This document shows positions 31,578 to 41,540 of a stretch of DNA of 64,000 nucleotides, in pieces. Every line of letters starts with the position of its first letter. The first letter of the stretch is position 1. The DNA is taken from NCBI GenBank assembly GCA_963787125.1, contig CAWBBV010000016.1:64001-128000 (forward strand), given 5' to 3'. The DNA is from an uncultured delta proteobacterium (lineage in GTDB: Bacteria; Desulfobacterota; Desulfuromonadia; Geobacterales; DSM-12255). Under the pieces are notes generated by a model, which saw nothing but the letters and a program-made list of their open reading frames with translations, made no database searches and was not told the DNA's origin. Both the position numbers and the translations under genes were made by a program.

Positions 31578-32012
31578 ATGGAAAATACGACCCCTGACAA
31601 CATCGAGACACTTAAAAAACAGGCATCTGACAGGACGAGCTATAAAAATCGCTTAGAGGCAGTGGAAGCGATTGGCAATTTCAAGTGTCAGCAATCAAAG
31701 GACATTCTCTGGCGACTAATGATGAATGATAAAGTATACGCAGTACAGGAACTTTCATTCAGAAAGCTACAAGCGTTTGGGGAGGCGGTCAAACTGCCAC
31801 GAAAACAGAAGGGCAATTTGATCAAAGACATTGACAAAAAACTAAGCAAAGTTCTGACCTCCATAGGTGGAGATTATTCTGAAACTATTTTCAATCAAAG
31901 TTTCCAACAGCTGTACCCTGAGGAATTTGACATTTACACTTATGAGAAGAGTACTGGCTTCAACAAGTGGGTCCTGAATGCTTTATCATCTATTCCCAAG
32001 AAAAAGGAATAA
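31578..32012 (+). CDS. Small HEAT-repeat-like protein
   Basis: AAAGGA RBS; RLEAVEAIG...ILWRLMMNDKVYAVQELSFRKL. Confidence 0.75.
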   Translation: MENTTPDNIETLKKQASDRTSYKNRLEAVEAIGNFKCQQSKDILWRLMMNDKVYAVQELSFRKLQAFGEAVKLPRKQKGNLIKDIDKKLSKVLTSIGGDYSETIFNQSFQQLYPEEFDIYTYEKSTGFNKWVLNALSSIPKKKE

Positions 32013-32138
32013 AGAGTTATGCATAAAGAAAACCGTCGCATGGGTACATCCTAAAATTCATGTGACTTTTAAGCGAGAAACAAAATGTACAATAACGAGT
32101 TGATCGCTGAATGAGGTTGTGCGTTTAAGGAGAAACCT

Positions 32139-33005
32139 GTGGATCTAGCGATAAATGTCTTGCTAGTTTTTTCTGGCGCAGTAACGGCAATAGCAGCAAT
32201 TGGCGGAGTAACATGGCACCCCGGGACACAGTCACTGGCCAAGCGAATCACATCGCGCGGGTGGGTGTCGATAATAGCACTCATAGCGACGGTTGTGTGC
32301 GGTACTGTAAAAGAAATAACCACGAAATCAGATTCGGCACGTGCGGAAGCAACGATCGCCCGACTTGAGAAAAACACGAAAGCTGAGGCGGCACGTGCAG
32401 AAGAAACTACCGCCCGACTTGAAGGTCAACTCACTGAAGCTCGCCTGCAACTTGACGAGAATCGACGTATTTTGCGCAATGTAGTTTTATCGAGCCAGCC
32501 GTCTGAACATGTGATGGATCAAGTCATGAAAACCGTGAAGGAAGTCGCACGAGAAAAAGGCTTTGCAACAGAAATTACTGGATACATGAGCTACACTCAT
32601 TTCAACTTCCTAAATGACAGAGGCCGAGTTGGGTTCTTTGCATTGAGTAAGGAAACGGTTGCAGAGCTTTCAATCCTGCCTGAAAAAAAGCTTCGCTCAG
32701 CAATTTCCACAAGGCTGTTTGGCAAGTGGGGCCGCGATCAGCTTGACGCCGATTGGGAAGTAATTTCGACCGAACTTCAGAGTATAGTGAGACCCATCGT
32801 TCAAAATCGTTTCAATTCTGAAGCGATCTCCATATGGCCAGCACGAGATCATTCATCCATCGTGTTCTATCCCATGGACGTAAAGAGTAATCAGCTATCT
32901 AAGACTCGTCTGATATTCACTCGTCAGGAACTTATAGACCTGCTCTCTTCCCCCCCTTACATTCGAAGTGCAATCGTGGCGACGCGATCAGAAACACTCA
33001 AATAG
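32139..33005 (+). CDS. Hypothetical protein (two N-terminal TM, coiled coil)
   Basis: AAGGAG RBS with GTG start; internal repeat SARAEATIARLE / AARAEETTARLE. Confidence 0.75.
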   Translation: MDLAINVLLVFSGAVTAIAAIGGVTWHPGTQSLAKRITSRGWVSIIALIATVVCGTVKEITTKSDSARAEATIARLEKNTKAEAARAEETTARLEGQLTEARLQLDENRRILRNVVLSSQPSEHVMDQVMKTVKEVAREKGFATEITGYMSYTHFNFLNDRGRVGFFALSKETVAELSILPEKKLRSAISTRLFGKWGRDQLDADWEVISTELQSIVRPIVQNRFNSEAISIWPARDHSSIVFYPMDVKSNQLSKTRLIFTRQELIDLLSSPPYIRSAIVATRSETLK

Positions 33006-33103
33006 TTTCTTACAATTCGAAGAAGGATGAGGATCATCATTCCAAATAACAAATGGAAAAAAATATGATGTCAAGGCTTACGACCTGCCCGAAAACCCTG
33101 CTG

Positions 33104-33166
33104 GAATTCGGGGGGCATAATGGAATAAACCGTTTCCCCTAAATAGTATTATGTCCCTAGAAATTC
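33104..33166. repeat. Short inverted-repeat (MITE-like) module
   Basis: GAATTCGGGGGGCATAAT ... ATTATGTCCCTAGAAATTC; abuts the 92-bp duplication. Confidence 0.5.
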
Positions 33167-33257
33167 AAGCTAAGTGACGAACTACCTTCCAAGCCGCTAT
33201 TGGCGGCACAGCGCGCACTGCGTGTCCCTGCCGTTCAGCTGGTTAATTCTGCAAAAG
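33166..33257 (+). repeat. 92-bp direct repeat, copy 2 (orphan fragment of the ATPase gene)
   Basis: Matches 29918-30009. Confidence 0.92.
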
Positions 33258-33408
33258 TATAACCAGGAAGTTGGACCGGAGTACCGCGAATATGCCGGAG
33301 AAGATTTGTTATTGTCTTTGAATTCAAAGCGTTATATCTTCAAAGTAGAATTTTAGATGCCAATGCGCTTGGATTTGGGGAAGGACAGTGGAAAAGGGGG
33401 CAGATAGT

Positions 33409-33627
33409 ATGCGAGTTGAAGCGATAGTGAAAAAAGGCGGCTGGTTCATACCCCACCCAGGAATTGAAATTGGCAAGCAAAAACATATTCTTCTCGATAT
33501 AACCCCCGTTACCACAGATGAAGTCTCGGATGATGCGTTTGTACAAGCAGCCGGTATGTTGAAAAAAACCACAATTGACGGAGTCACCTTTCAGAAAAAA
33601 ATGCGGAAAGAATGGGACGGGCGGTAG
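33409..33627 (+). CDS. Putative VapB-type antitoxin
   Basis: 72 aa ending DGVTFQKKMRKEWD; overlaps the start of a PIN-domain remnant. Confidence 0.65.
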   Translation: MRVEAIVKKGGWFIPHPGIEIGKQKHILLDITPVTTDEVSDDAFVQAAGMLKKTTIDGVTFQKKMRKEWDGR

Positions 33628-33728
33628 TGTACCTGATCGACACAAATATAATCATTTACTACCTTGGAGGCGAGCAAGCCGCCGTCTCGTTTTTACGCAC
33701 CCACAGGGGGCAACTGGCAATTTCGTAA
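33612..33728 (+). pseudogene. Truncated VapC/PIN toxin
   Basis: Manual translation MGRAVVYLIDTNIIIYYLGGEQAAVSFLRTHRGQLAIS*: the PIN N-terminal DTN motif, only 38 aa. Confidence 0.8.
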
Positions 33729-33757
33729 ATTTACGGATTTTAGACCGGCTGACAAAC

Positions 33758-33812
33758 AGGGTCGTGGCTCAACTTCGCAAGATACAAGAGTTGACTCACG
33801 GCTCTTTTTTTT
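33758..33812 (+). terminator. Imperfect hairpin with T-tract (terminator or decayed inverted-repeat element)
   Basis: AGGGTCGTGGCTCAACT...AGTTGACTCACGGCTCT followed by a T run. Confidence 0.45.
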
Positions 33813-33993
33813 AATTCCAGGAGAGATCTCGGGTTGCCATGTAAATCAGAATTGACGTGTTCGATTTTCATGGAGTGCCAGAGTATAACGCCCTTCACAT
33901 ATTCACATTTACTTCCCGACGAGGGGATAAAGATCATCACGTTGCGCACTTCAAACTGCGACTTCAAATTGTTGAGTGACGACAAATATAACC

Positions 33994-34022
33994 TTGACAC
34001 TATATAGCACGAAAGCTATTGT
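33994..34022 (+). promoter_or_regulatory. TA operon promoter with palindromic operator
   Basis: TTGACA-N17-TATTGT overlapped by ATAGC-N6-GCTAT. Confidence 0.65.
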
Positions 34023-34041
34023 CTTATTAGGGAAATGAAAT

Positions 34042-34389
34042 ATGGTGTGGAAAATTGTTACGGTTGAATACTTCGACGATTGGTTTCTCGGCTTGGAGGC
34101 TTCGGAGCAGCAAGATGTGTTGGCCGCTGTATTGGTTCTTGAGCAATACGGCCCTACGTTAGGCAGACCCCACGTTGATAGCCTCAAAGGAACTGACAAG
34201 GTAAAGAACCTGAAAGAACTTCGCGTTCAACACAAAGGCAAACCGTACCGGGTATTTTTCGCCTTTGATCCTCTCCGCCAGGCCGTAATGCTGTGTGGCG
34301 GTGACAAAACCGGAAATAAACATTTTTACGAAATTATGATCCCTATTGCAGAGAGTGAATTTCTGAACTATCTGCAAGAACTGGAGTGA
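34042..34389 (+). CDS. HigB/RelE (Gp49-like) toxin
   Basis: GPTLGRPHVDSL, LKELRV and RVFFAFDP...LCGGDK; toxin-first gene order. Confidence 0.9.
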   Translation: MVWKIVTVEYFDDWFLGLEASEQQDVLAAVLVLEQYGPTLGRPHVDSLKGTDKVKNLKELRVQHKGKPYRVFFAFDPLRQAVMLCGGDKTGNKHFYEIMIPIAESEFLNYLQELE

Positions 34390-34392
34390 GTT

Positions 34393-34695
34393 ATGGCAAA
34401 GCAACTTTCGGATTTAATAAAAAAAGTAGACCCGACTGTAGTCGCAGCAGCACGTGTTCAGGCAAATCAGGAAATTTTTGAACTCCGCCTTGCTCAATTA
34501 CGGCAAACGGTTGAGATGTCGCAACACGATCTGGCTGTTGCCTTGGGCATCTCCCAGCCTTCAGTCGCTAACCTGGAGAAACGCGGCCACGAAGTAAAAA
34601 TATCTTCTCTGAAGCGGTATATTGAAGCACTCGGCGGCAAGCTGTCTCTGGATGTTGAACTGGCGGATGGTCGTCACATCGGCATAAACGTTTAG
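34393..34695 (+). CDS. HigA-like XRE antitoxin
   Basis: HTH SQHDLAVALGISQPSVANLEK...LKRYIEALGG. Confidence 0.9.
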   Translation: MAKQLSDLIKKVDPTVVAAARVQANQEIFELRLAQLRQTVEMSQHDLAVALGISQPSVANLEKRGHEVKISSLKRYIEALGGKLSLDVELADGRHIGINV

Positions 34696-34840
34696 CGCTT
34701 CTTCCTCACAGTGAATAAGACAGGCTAAAAGGTCATGAGTCAGCTTCTAAAATATCGAGGGTGACAAACGACCTTTTTTATTGAAAAGCTTCGCGTATGG
34801 TAAAACTGATCGGAACGGATTTCAGAGGGAAACGGCAACA

Positions 34841-35491
34841 ATGAAAATCGGCATACTCGGCGGCACCTTCAACCCCATCCATAATGCTCACCTGCGCGTG
34901 GCAGAGACGACCCGCGACCGACTCGGGCTTGACCGGATCATGTTCATACCGGCGGCAACCCCGCCCCACAAGCCGCTCGACGGGGAGATATCGTTTCTGC
35001 ATCGCCAGGCCATGGTGGAGATTGCCATCGCCGACAACCCGCATTTCACAGTTTCCGATATGGAGCAGCAGCGCGGCGGAACCTCCTACACTGTCGATAC
35101 TCTTCGAGACCTGCGGCTCTCTGCGCCTGCTGACGAGTTTTTTTTCATCATCGGCAGCGACTCCTTTCTGGAGATTTCTTCATGGTACTGCTTCGCCGAT
35201 ATCTTCAACTTATGCAATATAGTGGTGGTGGAACGCCCCGAAGCGATCATTTCAGAGCTGACTCTGCCGCTTCCTGTTGCCATAAGGTCTGAATTCTGTT
35301 ATATTCCCAACGAGATGCGCCTGACCCACCGGTCAGGCTTTTCCGTTTTTTATCTTCCCGACACGCCGCTTGCCATTTCATCAAGCGCTGTCCGCCAACT
35401 GGTCAGGGAAGGACGGTCAATCCGCTACCTGGTTCCTGACAGGGTTGCCCGCTACATTTCAGAAAAAAGGATTTTTTTAAATGACCGTTAA
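34841..35491 (+). CDS. nadD: Nicotinate-nucleotide adenylyltransferase
   Basis: GGTFNPIHNAH, PPHK, SYTVDT, IIGSD and ISSS. Confidence 0.96.
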   Translation: MKIGILGGTFNPIHNAHLRVAETTRDRLGLDRIMFIPAATPPHKPLDGEISFLHRQAMVEIAIADNPHFTVSDMEQQRGGTSYTVDTLRDLRLSAPADEFFFIIGSDSFLEISSWYCFADIFNLCNIVVVERPEAIISELTLPLPVAIRSEFCYIPNEMRLTHRSGFSVFYLPDTPLAISSSAVRQLVREGRSIRYLVPDRVARYISEKRIFLNDR

Positions 35492-35867
35492 ACCAACAAT
35501 TTCAACAGATGACCGCGCCATCAAGTGTGCCGCCCTGGCGCTGGACAAAAAAGCCTTCGATGTGAAAGTACTCGACATCAGGGGGCTTTCCACCATCGCT
35601 GACTACCTCGTCATTGCCACCGGCACCTCCGACAGACAGGTGGTTGCCATTGCCGATTCGGTGCGCACCGGCCTGAAAAAATACGGCAAAGCCATTGACA
35701 TGGAAGGGGCAAAGGAAGGCAAATGGATCGTTATTGACTACGGCGATGTCATTATGCATGTCTTTTTGGAAGAGATGCGCAGTTACTATGACCTTGATGA
35801 ACTCTGGGGAGCTGCCCGGCAGGCTAAAATACCGGCAGAATATCTCTGGGAGGGTAAGGGGCAGTGA
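35481..35867 (+). CDS. rsfS: Ribosome silencing factor
   Basis: DKKA, DYLVIATG, WIVIDYGDVIMHVF and YDLDELW. Confidence 0.95.
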   Translation: MTVKPTISTDDRAIKCAALALDKKAFDVKVLDIRGLSTIADYLVIATGTSDRQVVAIADSVRTGLKKYGKAIDMEGAKEGKWIVIDYGDVIMHVFLEEMRSYYDLDELWGAARQAKIPAEYLWEGKGQ

Positions 35868-36325
35868 AGCTCCGTCTGCTCTGGGTCGGCAGAACCCAGG
35901 AAGCCTGGGTGAAGGCGGGTATTGATGAGTATGCGGGCAGGGTAAGGCGCTATTCGCCGTTGGAAGTAACCGAAGTCAAGGAAGAGAAAGGCGTGCTACC
36001 TGAGCAGATGCGCCAGCGTGAATCAGAACGGATCGAAAAGCTCCTGCCGAAAAACGGCCGCCTCATCCTCCTCGACGAGGCCGGTGAACAGTTTAACTCC
36101 CCCGCCTTTGCAGACCTTGTGGGTAAGTACCGTGACAACAGCACCCCGGAGCTGGTTTTTGTCATCGGCGGCGCCTACGGCTTCTCCGGGGAGCTCCGCA
36201 GCAGAGCCGACCGCCTTATCTCCCTTTCAAAAATGACCTTTACCCACCAGATGATCCGCCCCTTTTTTCTCGAACAGCTCTACCGGGCGTTTACGATACT
36301 GAATAATGAAGGTTATCATCATTAG
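35864..36325 (+). CDS. rlmH: 23S rRNA pseudouridine1915 N3-methyltransferase
   Basis: FVIGGAYG, SKMTFTHQ and EQLYRA...YHH. Confidence 0.96.
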   Translation: MKLRLLWVGRTQEAWVKAGIDEYAGRVRRYSPLEVTEVKEEKGVLPEQMRQRESERIEKLLPKNGRLILLDEAGEQFNSPAFADLVGKYRDNSTPELVFVIGGAYGFSGELRSRADRLISLSKMTFTHQMIRPFFLEQLYRAFTILNNEGYHH

Positions 36326-36399
36326 ATAAAAGGATTGCAGACTGCAGGTTCAACCTATAAATGCTGTAAATATAAGCCATGTTTTTACGGAGACATACC

Positions 36400-37929
36400 A
36401 TGCACAAGAAACCGCTGGTTTTAATGATTCTCGACGGCTGGGGAATAAACCCCGATTCCGCCAACAACGCCGTGGCGCTGGCAAAAACACCGAATCTTGA
36501 CGCTCTCATCGCCACCTATCCCCACACGCAGATCAAAACATCCGGCATGGCCGTCGGTCTCCCAGAAGGGCAGATGGGCAACTCGGAAGTGGGGCATCTG
36601 AACATCGGCGCGGGCCGGGTCGTGTATCAGGATCTCACCCGCATCAGCAAGGCGATAGCCGATGGCGAGCTCTGCCAAAACCGGGTCCTGCTTGACTGCA
36701 TGAAAAAAACTGACGCTGCCGGCGGCCGCCTGCATCTTGCAGGACTGCTTTCAGACGGTGGCGTCCACTCCCACAACACCCACCTGTACGGGCTGCTTGA
36801 CCTTGCCCGAAAAGAAGGCCTCAAGGAGGTGTTCATCCACTGCTTCATGGATGGCCGGGACACCCCTCCAAAAAGCGGCGCCGGCTACCTGGCCGAGCTG
36901 GAAGCGGAGATTAAGAAAATCGGCTGCGGCACCATAGCTACGGTCATCGGCCGCTACTATGCCATGGACCGGGACAACCGCTGGGATCGGGTTGAAAAAG
37001 CCTACCGGGCGATTGTCTGCGGCGATGGCGACAAAGCGGCCTCAGCAGCGGCGGCAGTAGCTGCCAGCTATCAGGCCGAGCTGACGGATGAGTTCATTCT
37101 GCCGACTGTTATTGACGGCGTCGACGGCACGGTAAAAGACGGCGACGGCTTCATCTGCTTCAACTTCCGCTCTGACCGGGCCAGAGAGATAACCAGAGCA
37201 CTCGCCCTGCCCGACTTCGACGGTTTTGACCGTGGCACCCCACCGGCCCTGGCATCCTACGTCTGCCTGACCGAATACGACGCCACCTTCGGCCTGCCGA
37301 TCGCCTTCGGCCCTGAATCACTGACCAACATCCTCGGCGAACTGCTGGCAAAATCGGGCAGGACGCAGCTCCGGATCGCCGAAACGGAAAAATACGCCCA
37401 TGTCACCTTCTTCTTTAACGGCGGCATTGAAGAGCCGTTTGCCGGCGAAGAGCGCGCCCTGATCCCCTCGCCGCAGGAAGTGGCAACCTACGACCAGAAA
37501 CCGGAGATGAGCGCCTACCTGGTAACGGCTGAGCTGCTGCAGCGGCTTGATTCCGATAAGTATGACGTCGTCATCCTCAACCTTGCCAACTGCGACATGG
37601 TCGGGCATACCGGCAAACTGTCTGCAGCCATACAGGCGGTGGAAGCGGTTGACGCCTGCGTCGGCAGAATCACCGCCAACATCCTGGCAAAAGGGGGCAC
37701 GGCCCTCATCACCGCTGATCACGGTAATGCCGAGCAGATGGCGGATGACAACGGCGGGCCGTACACGGCCCATACCTGCAACCCGGTCTGGCTGGTACTG
37801 GTGGATGAGGCCAGGAAGAGCGCCCACCTGCGTGACGGTGGACGGCTGGCCGACATCGCCCCGACCATGCTGGACATTCTCGGCCTGGCAAAGCCGATGG
37901 AGATGACCGGGGTGAGCCTGCTGAGCTGA
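36400..37929 (+). CDS. gpmI: 2,3-BPG-independent phosphoglycerate mutase
   Basis: [31 protein letters not shown] and DHGN. Confidence 0.97.
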   Translation: MHKKPLVLMILDGWGINPDSANNAVALAKTPNLDALIATYPHTQIKTSGMAVGLPEGQMGNSEVGHLNIGAGRVVYQDLTRISKAIADGELCQNRVLLDCMKKTDAAGGRLHLAGLLSDGGVHSHNTHLYGLLDLARKEGLKEVFIHCFMDGRDTPPKSGAGYLAELEAEIKKIGCGTIATVIGRYYAMDRDNRWDRVEKAYRAIVCGDGDKAASAAAAVAASYQAELTDEFILPTVIDGVDGTVKDGDGFICFNFRSDRAREITRALALPDFDGFDRGTPPALASYVCLTEYDATFGLPIAFGPESLTNILGELLAKSGRTQLRIAETEKYAHVTFFFNGGIEEPFAGEERALIPSPQEVATYDQKPEMSAYLVTAELLQRLDSDKYDVVILNLANCDMVGHTGKLSAAIQAVEAVDACVGRITANILAKGGTALITADHGNAEQMADDNGGPYTAHTCNPVWLVLVDEARKSAHLRDGGRLADIAPTMLDILGLAKPMEMTGVSLLS

Positions 37930-37948
37930 CCGTAATATCCCCGAGACC

Positions 37949-37984
37949 AAAAAACCCTTCTGCAGTCTGCGGAAGGGTTTTTTT
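37949..37984. terminator. Bidirectional intrinsic terminator
   Basis: AAAAAACCCTTC-N11-GAAGGGTTTTTTT between convergent genes. Confidence 0.85.
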
Positions 37985-38060
37985 GCGCTTCATGCCGTGC
38001 TATCTTACTGCTCCAGCGGCTGGTTCAAGGGGCTGCCACAGGTTACCGTGTCAACCGTCC

Positions 38061-38846
38061 CTACCGCTCCATCCTGGAGATCATATACGTGCGCACTGTC
38101 GTGGCGGCCTCAGCACAGCCGGGTTGTCCCGGCAGCAGAGCGGCAAGCGTTTCAATATACCCCAGCCCACTCAATATCCGGAAGGACTCCGCAAAATTCA
38201 GATCAAAAACCCATGAAAGCTGCAGTAGTTTGAAGTCATCGACCGTTGCCAGCAGGCTGCGGCTCAGCATCCTTCCGGCCGTGACCTCAGCCAGAGCCTG
38301 CTGCGAGCAGGCGCCGGTGTCCGGAAGCTCCCAGATCACAGCAGAACTGCGCTCCTCTGCCCCGGCGGTACAGTATTCGATCAGCACCCGCCAGATATCC
38401 AGCTTGTCGGCGTCGCGAATCAGCCGGGCGAAGCGGCGGACAGCCGGAGGGAGATTTTCCGGCAGGACGAAAACATTATGCAGCGCCACCGCCTGCAACA
38501 GCAGGCGAGACTGTTCAGGGTCAAGACCGGCGAGTCCCCCCTCACCCTTGAGCGTCCTTACAGCCAAACCCGCATGGTTGGTGGAGGTCGCGTCGTTGAA
38601 GGTGGCGTAATCCCGGTACTGGGGGAAACGTCCGACATCGTGACAGATGGCGATGGCAGCAGCCAGTCTCCGCTCCGCCGGCGGAAGTTCCAGCGCTTCT
38701 GCCAGACGCTCGATGATGGCGCGAACCCGGAAGGTATGGTCAATCTTCAGATCATAGTTACGCTGCCCGTCAGGAGATTTTGCCTGGAAAGTGGCGACAA
38801 ACCTGTCAAACCAGGCGGCGATCGCGTTTAGCTGCAATATTGTCAT
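38061..38846 (-). CDS. HD-domain phosphohydrolase
   Basis: KIDHT, HDVGRFPQ, NHA, LHN and RDADKLD. Confidence 0.88.
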   Translation of the reverse strand: MTILQLNAIAAWFDRFVATFQAKSPDGQRNYDLKIDHTFRVRAIIERLAEALELPPAERRLAAAIAICHDVGRFPQYRDYATFNDATSTNHAGLAVRTLKGEGGLAGLDPEQSRLLLQAVALHNVFVLPENLPPAVRRFARLIRDADKLDIWRVLIEYCTAGAEERSSAVIWELPDTGACSQQALAEVTAGRMLSRSLLATVDDFKLLQLSWVFDLNFAESFRILSGLGYIETLAALLPGQPGCAEAATTVRTYMISRMER

Positions 38847-38997
38847 TAAAGTATCCCCTTTTTTGCCGCAAAGAATGTAGCGGGAACCGCTAAAGTCGTC
38901 AACGGCAAACGACTAATTTATAATATGAGTGTATAATTCCTTCGTTAGTGTCTTCAGGCATACACGTTTTCAGGATTATCAAGCAGGGGGTGGCCTC

Positions 38998-40269
38998 ATG
39001 CCAGACCGGATCTTCGACGTCATCATTATCGGTACCGGCCCGGCGGGTCTCGGAGCCGCTTTTCACCTCAGCGAGCTGTCGCCGTCGTTTTCCATCCTTA
39101 TGATCGACCGGGATCAGATCTGCTCCGGCGGCCTGCTAAACGACTGCAAACAAAACTACACCTATCCCATCGGCTTTGCCACCGACAACTGGACTAAAGA
39201 GGAGGCCGAGCGGCTTCTCCCGGTGGTGGAACGCTGCCTGCAGCCGACTATCAAGGAGAAACAGAATCTGGAAATATACCGGCGGCGGGCGGAACGGCTC
39301 GGCGTAACTCTCATCGACATCCGCCAGGCCCATGTGGGCACCGACCGCAGCCGGATACTGATCCGCCGCCTCCTTGATGAACTGGCGCAGCGCGGGGTTC
39401 AGTTCATGTTGAAACGGGAGGTGACTGATGTCAGCGAGGCTGCTGACGGTACGGCGCTTGTCACTATCGGCGCGGAAATGCTACGCGGCCGGAAGGTGAT
39501 CGTCGCCCCGGGCCGCAAAGGGTTCAGCTTTCTGCAAGGAGTGATGGAGAGGGTGGGCATCGACTACATCGACAACGTGGTGGATGTGGGCATCCGTGTC
39601 GAGACAACGCTCAACAACTACCCCATCGTCAACGATTACTACGACCCCAAGTTTCTCTTCCCCGACGGGGTACGCACTTTCTGTACCAACTCGGGGCATG
39701 CGCGGGTGGTGCTGGAGCGTTATCAGGGTTTCAGCCTAGTCAACGGTCATGCCCTCTCCGAGGAGCAGCAGGGGAACAGTCTGGTAAATTTTTCCCTCCT
39801 CAAGACCATTGGTTTGAGAGATCCGGTCCGCAGCGGTCAACAGATGGCGATCTTTCTCGCCACTCTGGCCAACGAAATCGGTGGCGGCAGACCGCTCATG
39901 CAGAGGGTGGGTGATTTCCGCATGGGCAAACGCTCCACCGCCGAAACCTTTAACGAAGATCTTTACGCTTTCCCTCCCAGCTGCCCGGTGACTGCCGGTG
40001 ATCTCGGGCTCGCCGTACCGGCCAAGATCATGCGCCACCTCTGGGCGGCATTGAAAAAACTCGACACCATAGTCCCCGGCATCCTCCACCCGAGCACCAT
40101 CATGTACTACCCGGAGATCAAGATGTACGCCAACAAACCGGCCTTCCTGGACGGCCATTTCCGGGTCAGCAGCAATGTCTACATGGTCGGCGACGGCGCC
40201 GGCACCTCCCGCGGCATAACCGGCGCCTGGGCCAGCGGCATCAGAGCGGCAGAGGGGATACTGCGGTAA
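38998..40269 (+). CDS. FAD-dependent oxidoreductase
   Basis: Rossmann motif IIGTGPAG; RTFCTN, VNGH and VGDGAGTSRG. Confidence 0.88.
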   Translation: MPDRIFDVIIIGTGPAGLGAAFHLSELSPSFSILMIDRDQICSGGLLNDCKQNYTYPIGFATDNWTKEEAERLLPVVERCLQPTIKEKQNLEIYRRRAERLGVTLIDIRQAHVGTDRSRILIRRLLDELAQRGVQFMLKREVTDVSEAADGTALVTIGAEMLRGRKVIVAPGRKGFSFLQGVMERVGIDYIDNVVDVGIRVETTLNNYPIVNDYYDPKFLFPDGVRTFCTNSGHARVVLERYQGFSLVNGHALSEEQQGNSLVNFSLLKTIGLRDPVRSGQQMAIFLATLANEIGGGRPLMQRVGDFRMGKRSTAETFNEDLYAFPPSCPVTAGDLGLAVPAKIMRHLWAALKKLDTIVPGILHPSTIMYYPEIKMYANKPAFLDGHFRVSSNVYMVGDGAGTSRGITGAWASGIRAAEGILR

Positions 40270-40350
40270 CGCTTCACTCCGTTTTCCCCTCCCCGCCGGC
40301 GATTGTTGAACGTCGTGATATCTGCCGCTTGCCTGGGTGCCAATCTTTTT

Positions 40351-40379
40351 TTGACATTACCGTGTTTCCGTTATACATT
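40351..40379 (+). promoter_or_regulatory. Sigma70-type promoter
   Basis: TTGACA-N17-TACATT upstream of the HD-GYP gene. Confidence 0.55.
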
Positions 40380-40508
40380 GGCTTGATTGGAAAATATTTA
40401 TTGTTGCCAACCACTCTCAAATCTGGAAGTGCAACTGCAACGCAGTTTTACCGACTCAAATTTGTAGTAAGTTGACCGTTAAATTTTCAGCCTCTGTGGA
40501 GCCGCTAA

Positions 40509-41540
40509 ATGAGTGACATAATCCTGTTCGTCGATGACAGCAAACTTGTTCTGGAAGTCGCCAGAGATCTGTTCCGCACGCAAGGATTTGAAATCTTAAC
40601 CGCTGAAAACGCCAAGGAAGCTCTGGAGCTTTTCCAACACCATGAGATCGCTGTTGTGGTCTCAGACAACCGGATGCCGGGAATGTCCGGGCTGGAATTT
40701 CTCAGCAAGCTGAAAGATATCGCACCGGAAACGGTCAAAATTCTCATGACCGGCCATGCAGACCTGGCCAGTGCCCTGGAAGCGATCAATAAAAGCGGGG
40801 TCTACCGGTTCATGGTCAAGCCGTGGACAAATGAAGATATGTTCGACGCTGTCAAGGAGGGGATGCTCCATCATAATCGCCTCAATTCGCTGCGCAAGGA
40901 ACATGAAGACGTGCTCTGCTCACTGGCACAGGCGATAGAGTTGAAAGATCCCTCCACAAGAGGTCATTGTGACCGCGTTGCCATCTTTGCCCTGCTGATC
41001 GCAGATGTCCTCCATTTGTCCAAGCATATGAAACGCGAGATAAAATACGGCAGCTGGCTCCACGACTGCGGCAAGATCGGCATTTCCGAGGCTATTTTAA
41101 ACGGCAGTCAGCAGCTGAGTAATGAAGAATTTATCACGATGCAACAGCATGCCGGCTGGGGCGCTGACGTCGCTGCCAAGGCAAATCTGTCCCAGACGGT
41201 ACGTAACATAATTTACTATCATCACGAAAAATATGACGGCAGCGGTTACCCGACCGGCCTTGCCGGCAGCAAGATCCCTCTTGAAGCCAGGATCGTGGCG
41301 GTGGCTGATGTTTATGATGCACTCATAACTGACCGTCCTTACCGCAAGAAACACACTCCGGAAGAGACTGTCAAGATCCTGCGGTCCATGAAGGGTTCTG
41401 CGCTCGACCCTGAGCTTATTGACCTTTTCCTCTCTCTTATCAGTTCGGAAACAGCTCAAGTTGAGCCACTGGCAGCAGCAGCGGCGCAGGCATCCTGCCG
41501 TTTTCCGGCTGAAGTGCGGCTGAGTCTGGTTCCAAGGTAG
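40509..41540 (+). CDS. REC plus HD-GYP cyclic dinucleotide phosphodiesterase
   Basis: FVDD, SDNRMP and KPW; HDCGK, HHEKYDGSGYP and ADVYDAL...RPYR. Confidence 0.93.
   Translation: MSDIILFVDDSKLVLEVARDLFRTQGFEILTAENAKEALELFQHHEIAVVVSDNRMPGMSGLEFLSKLKDIAPETVKILMTGHADLASALEAINKSGVYRFMVKPWTNEDMFDAVKEGMLHHNRLNSLRKEHEDVLCSLAQAIELKDPSTRGHCDRVAIFALLIADVLHLSKHMKREIKYGSWLHDCGKIGISEAILNGSQQLSNEEFITMQQHAGWGADVAAKANLSQTVRNIIYYHHEKYDGSGYPTGLAGSKIPLEARIVAVADVYDALITDRPYRKKHTPEETVKILRSMKGSALDPELIDLFLSLISSETAQVEPLAAAAAQASCRFPAEVRLSLVPR

Noticed and set aside
33843..33979. Reading frame IRIDVFDFHGVPEYN...LRLQIVE*
   Set aside because: It may be a gene remnant, but it has no credible start and no recognisable family.
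30087..34040. Classical integron cassette array
   Set aside because: There is no tyrosine integrase and no clear attC sites (RYYYAAC...GTTRRRY) after the ORFs.
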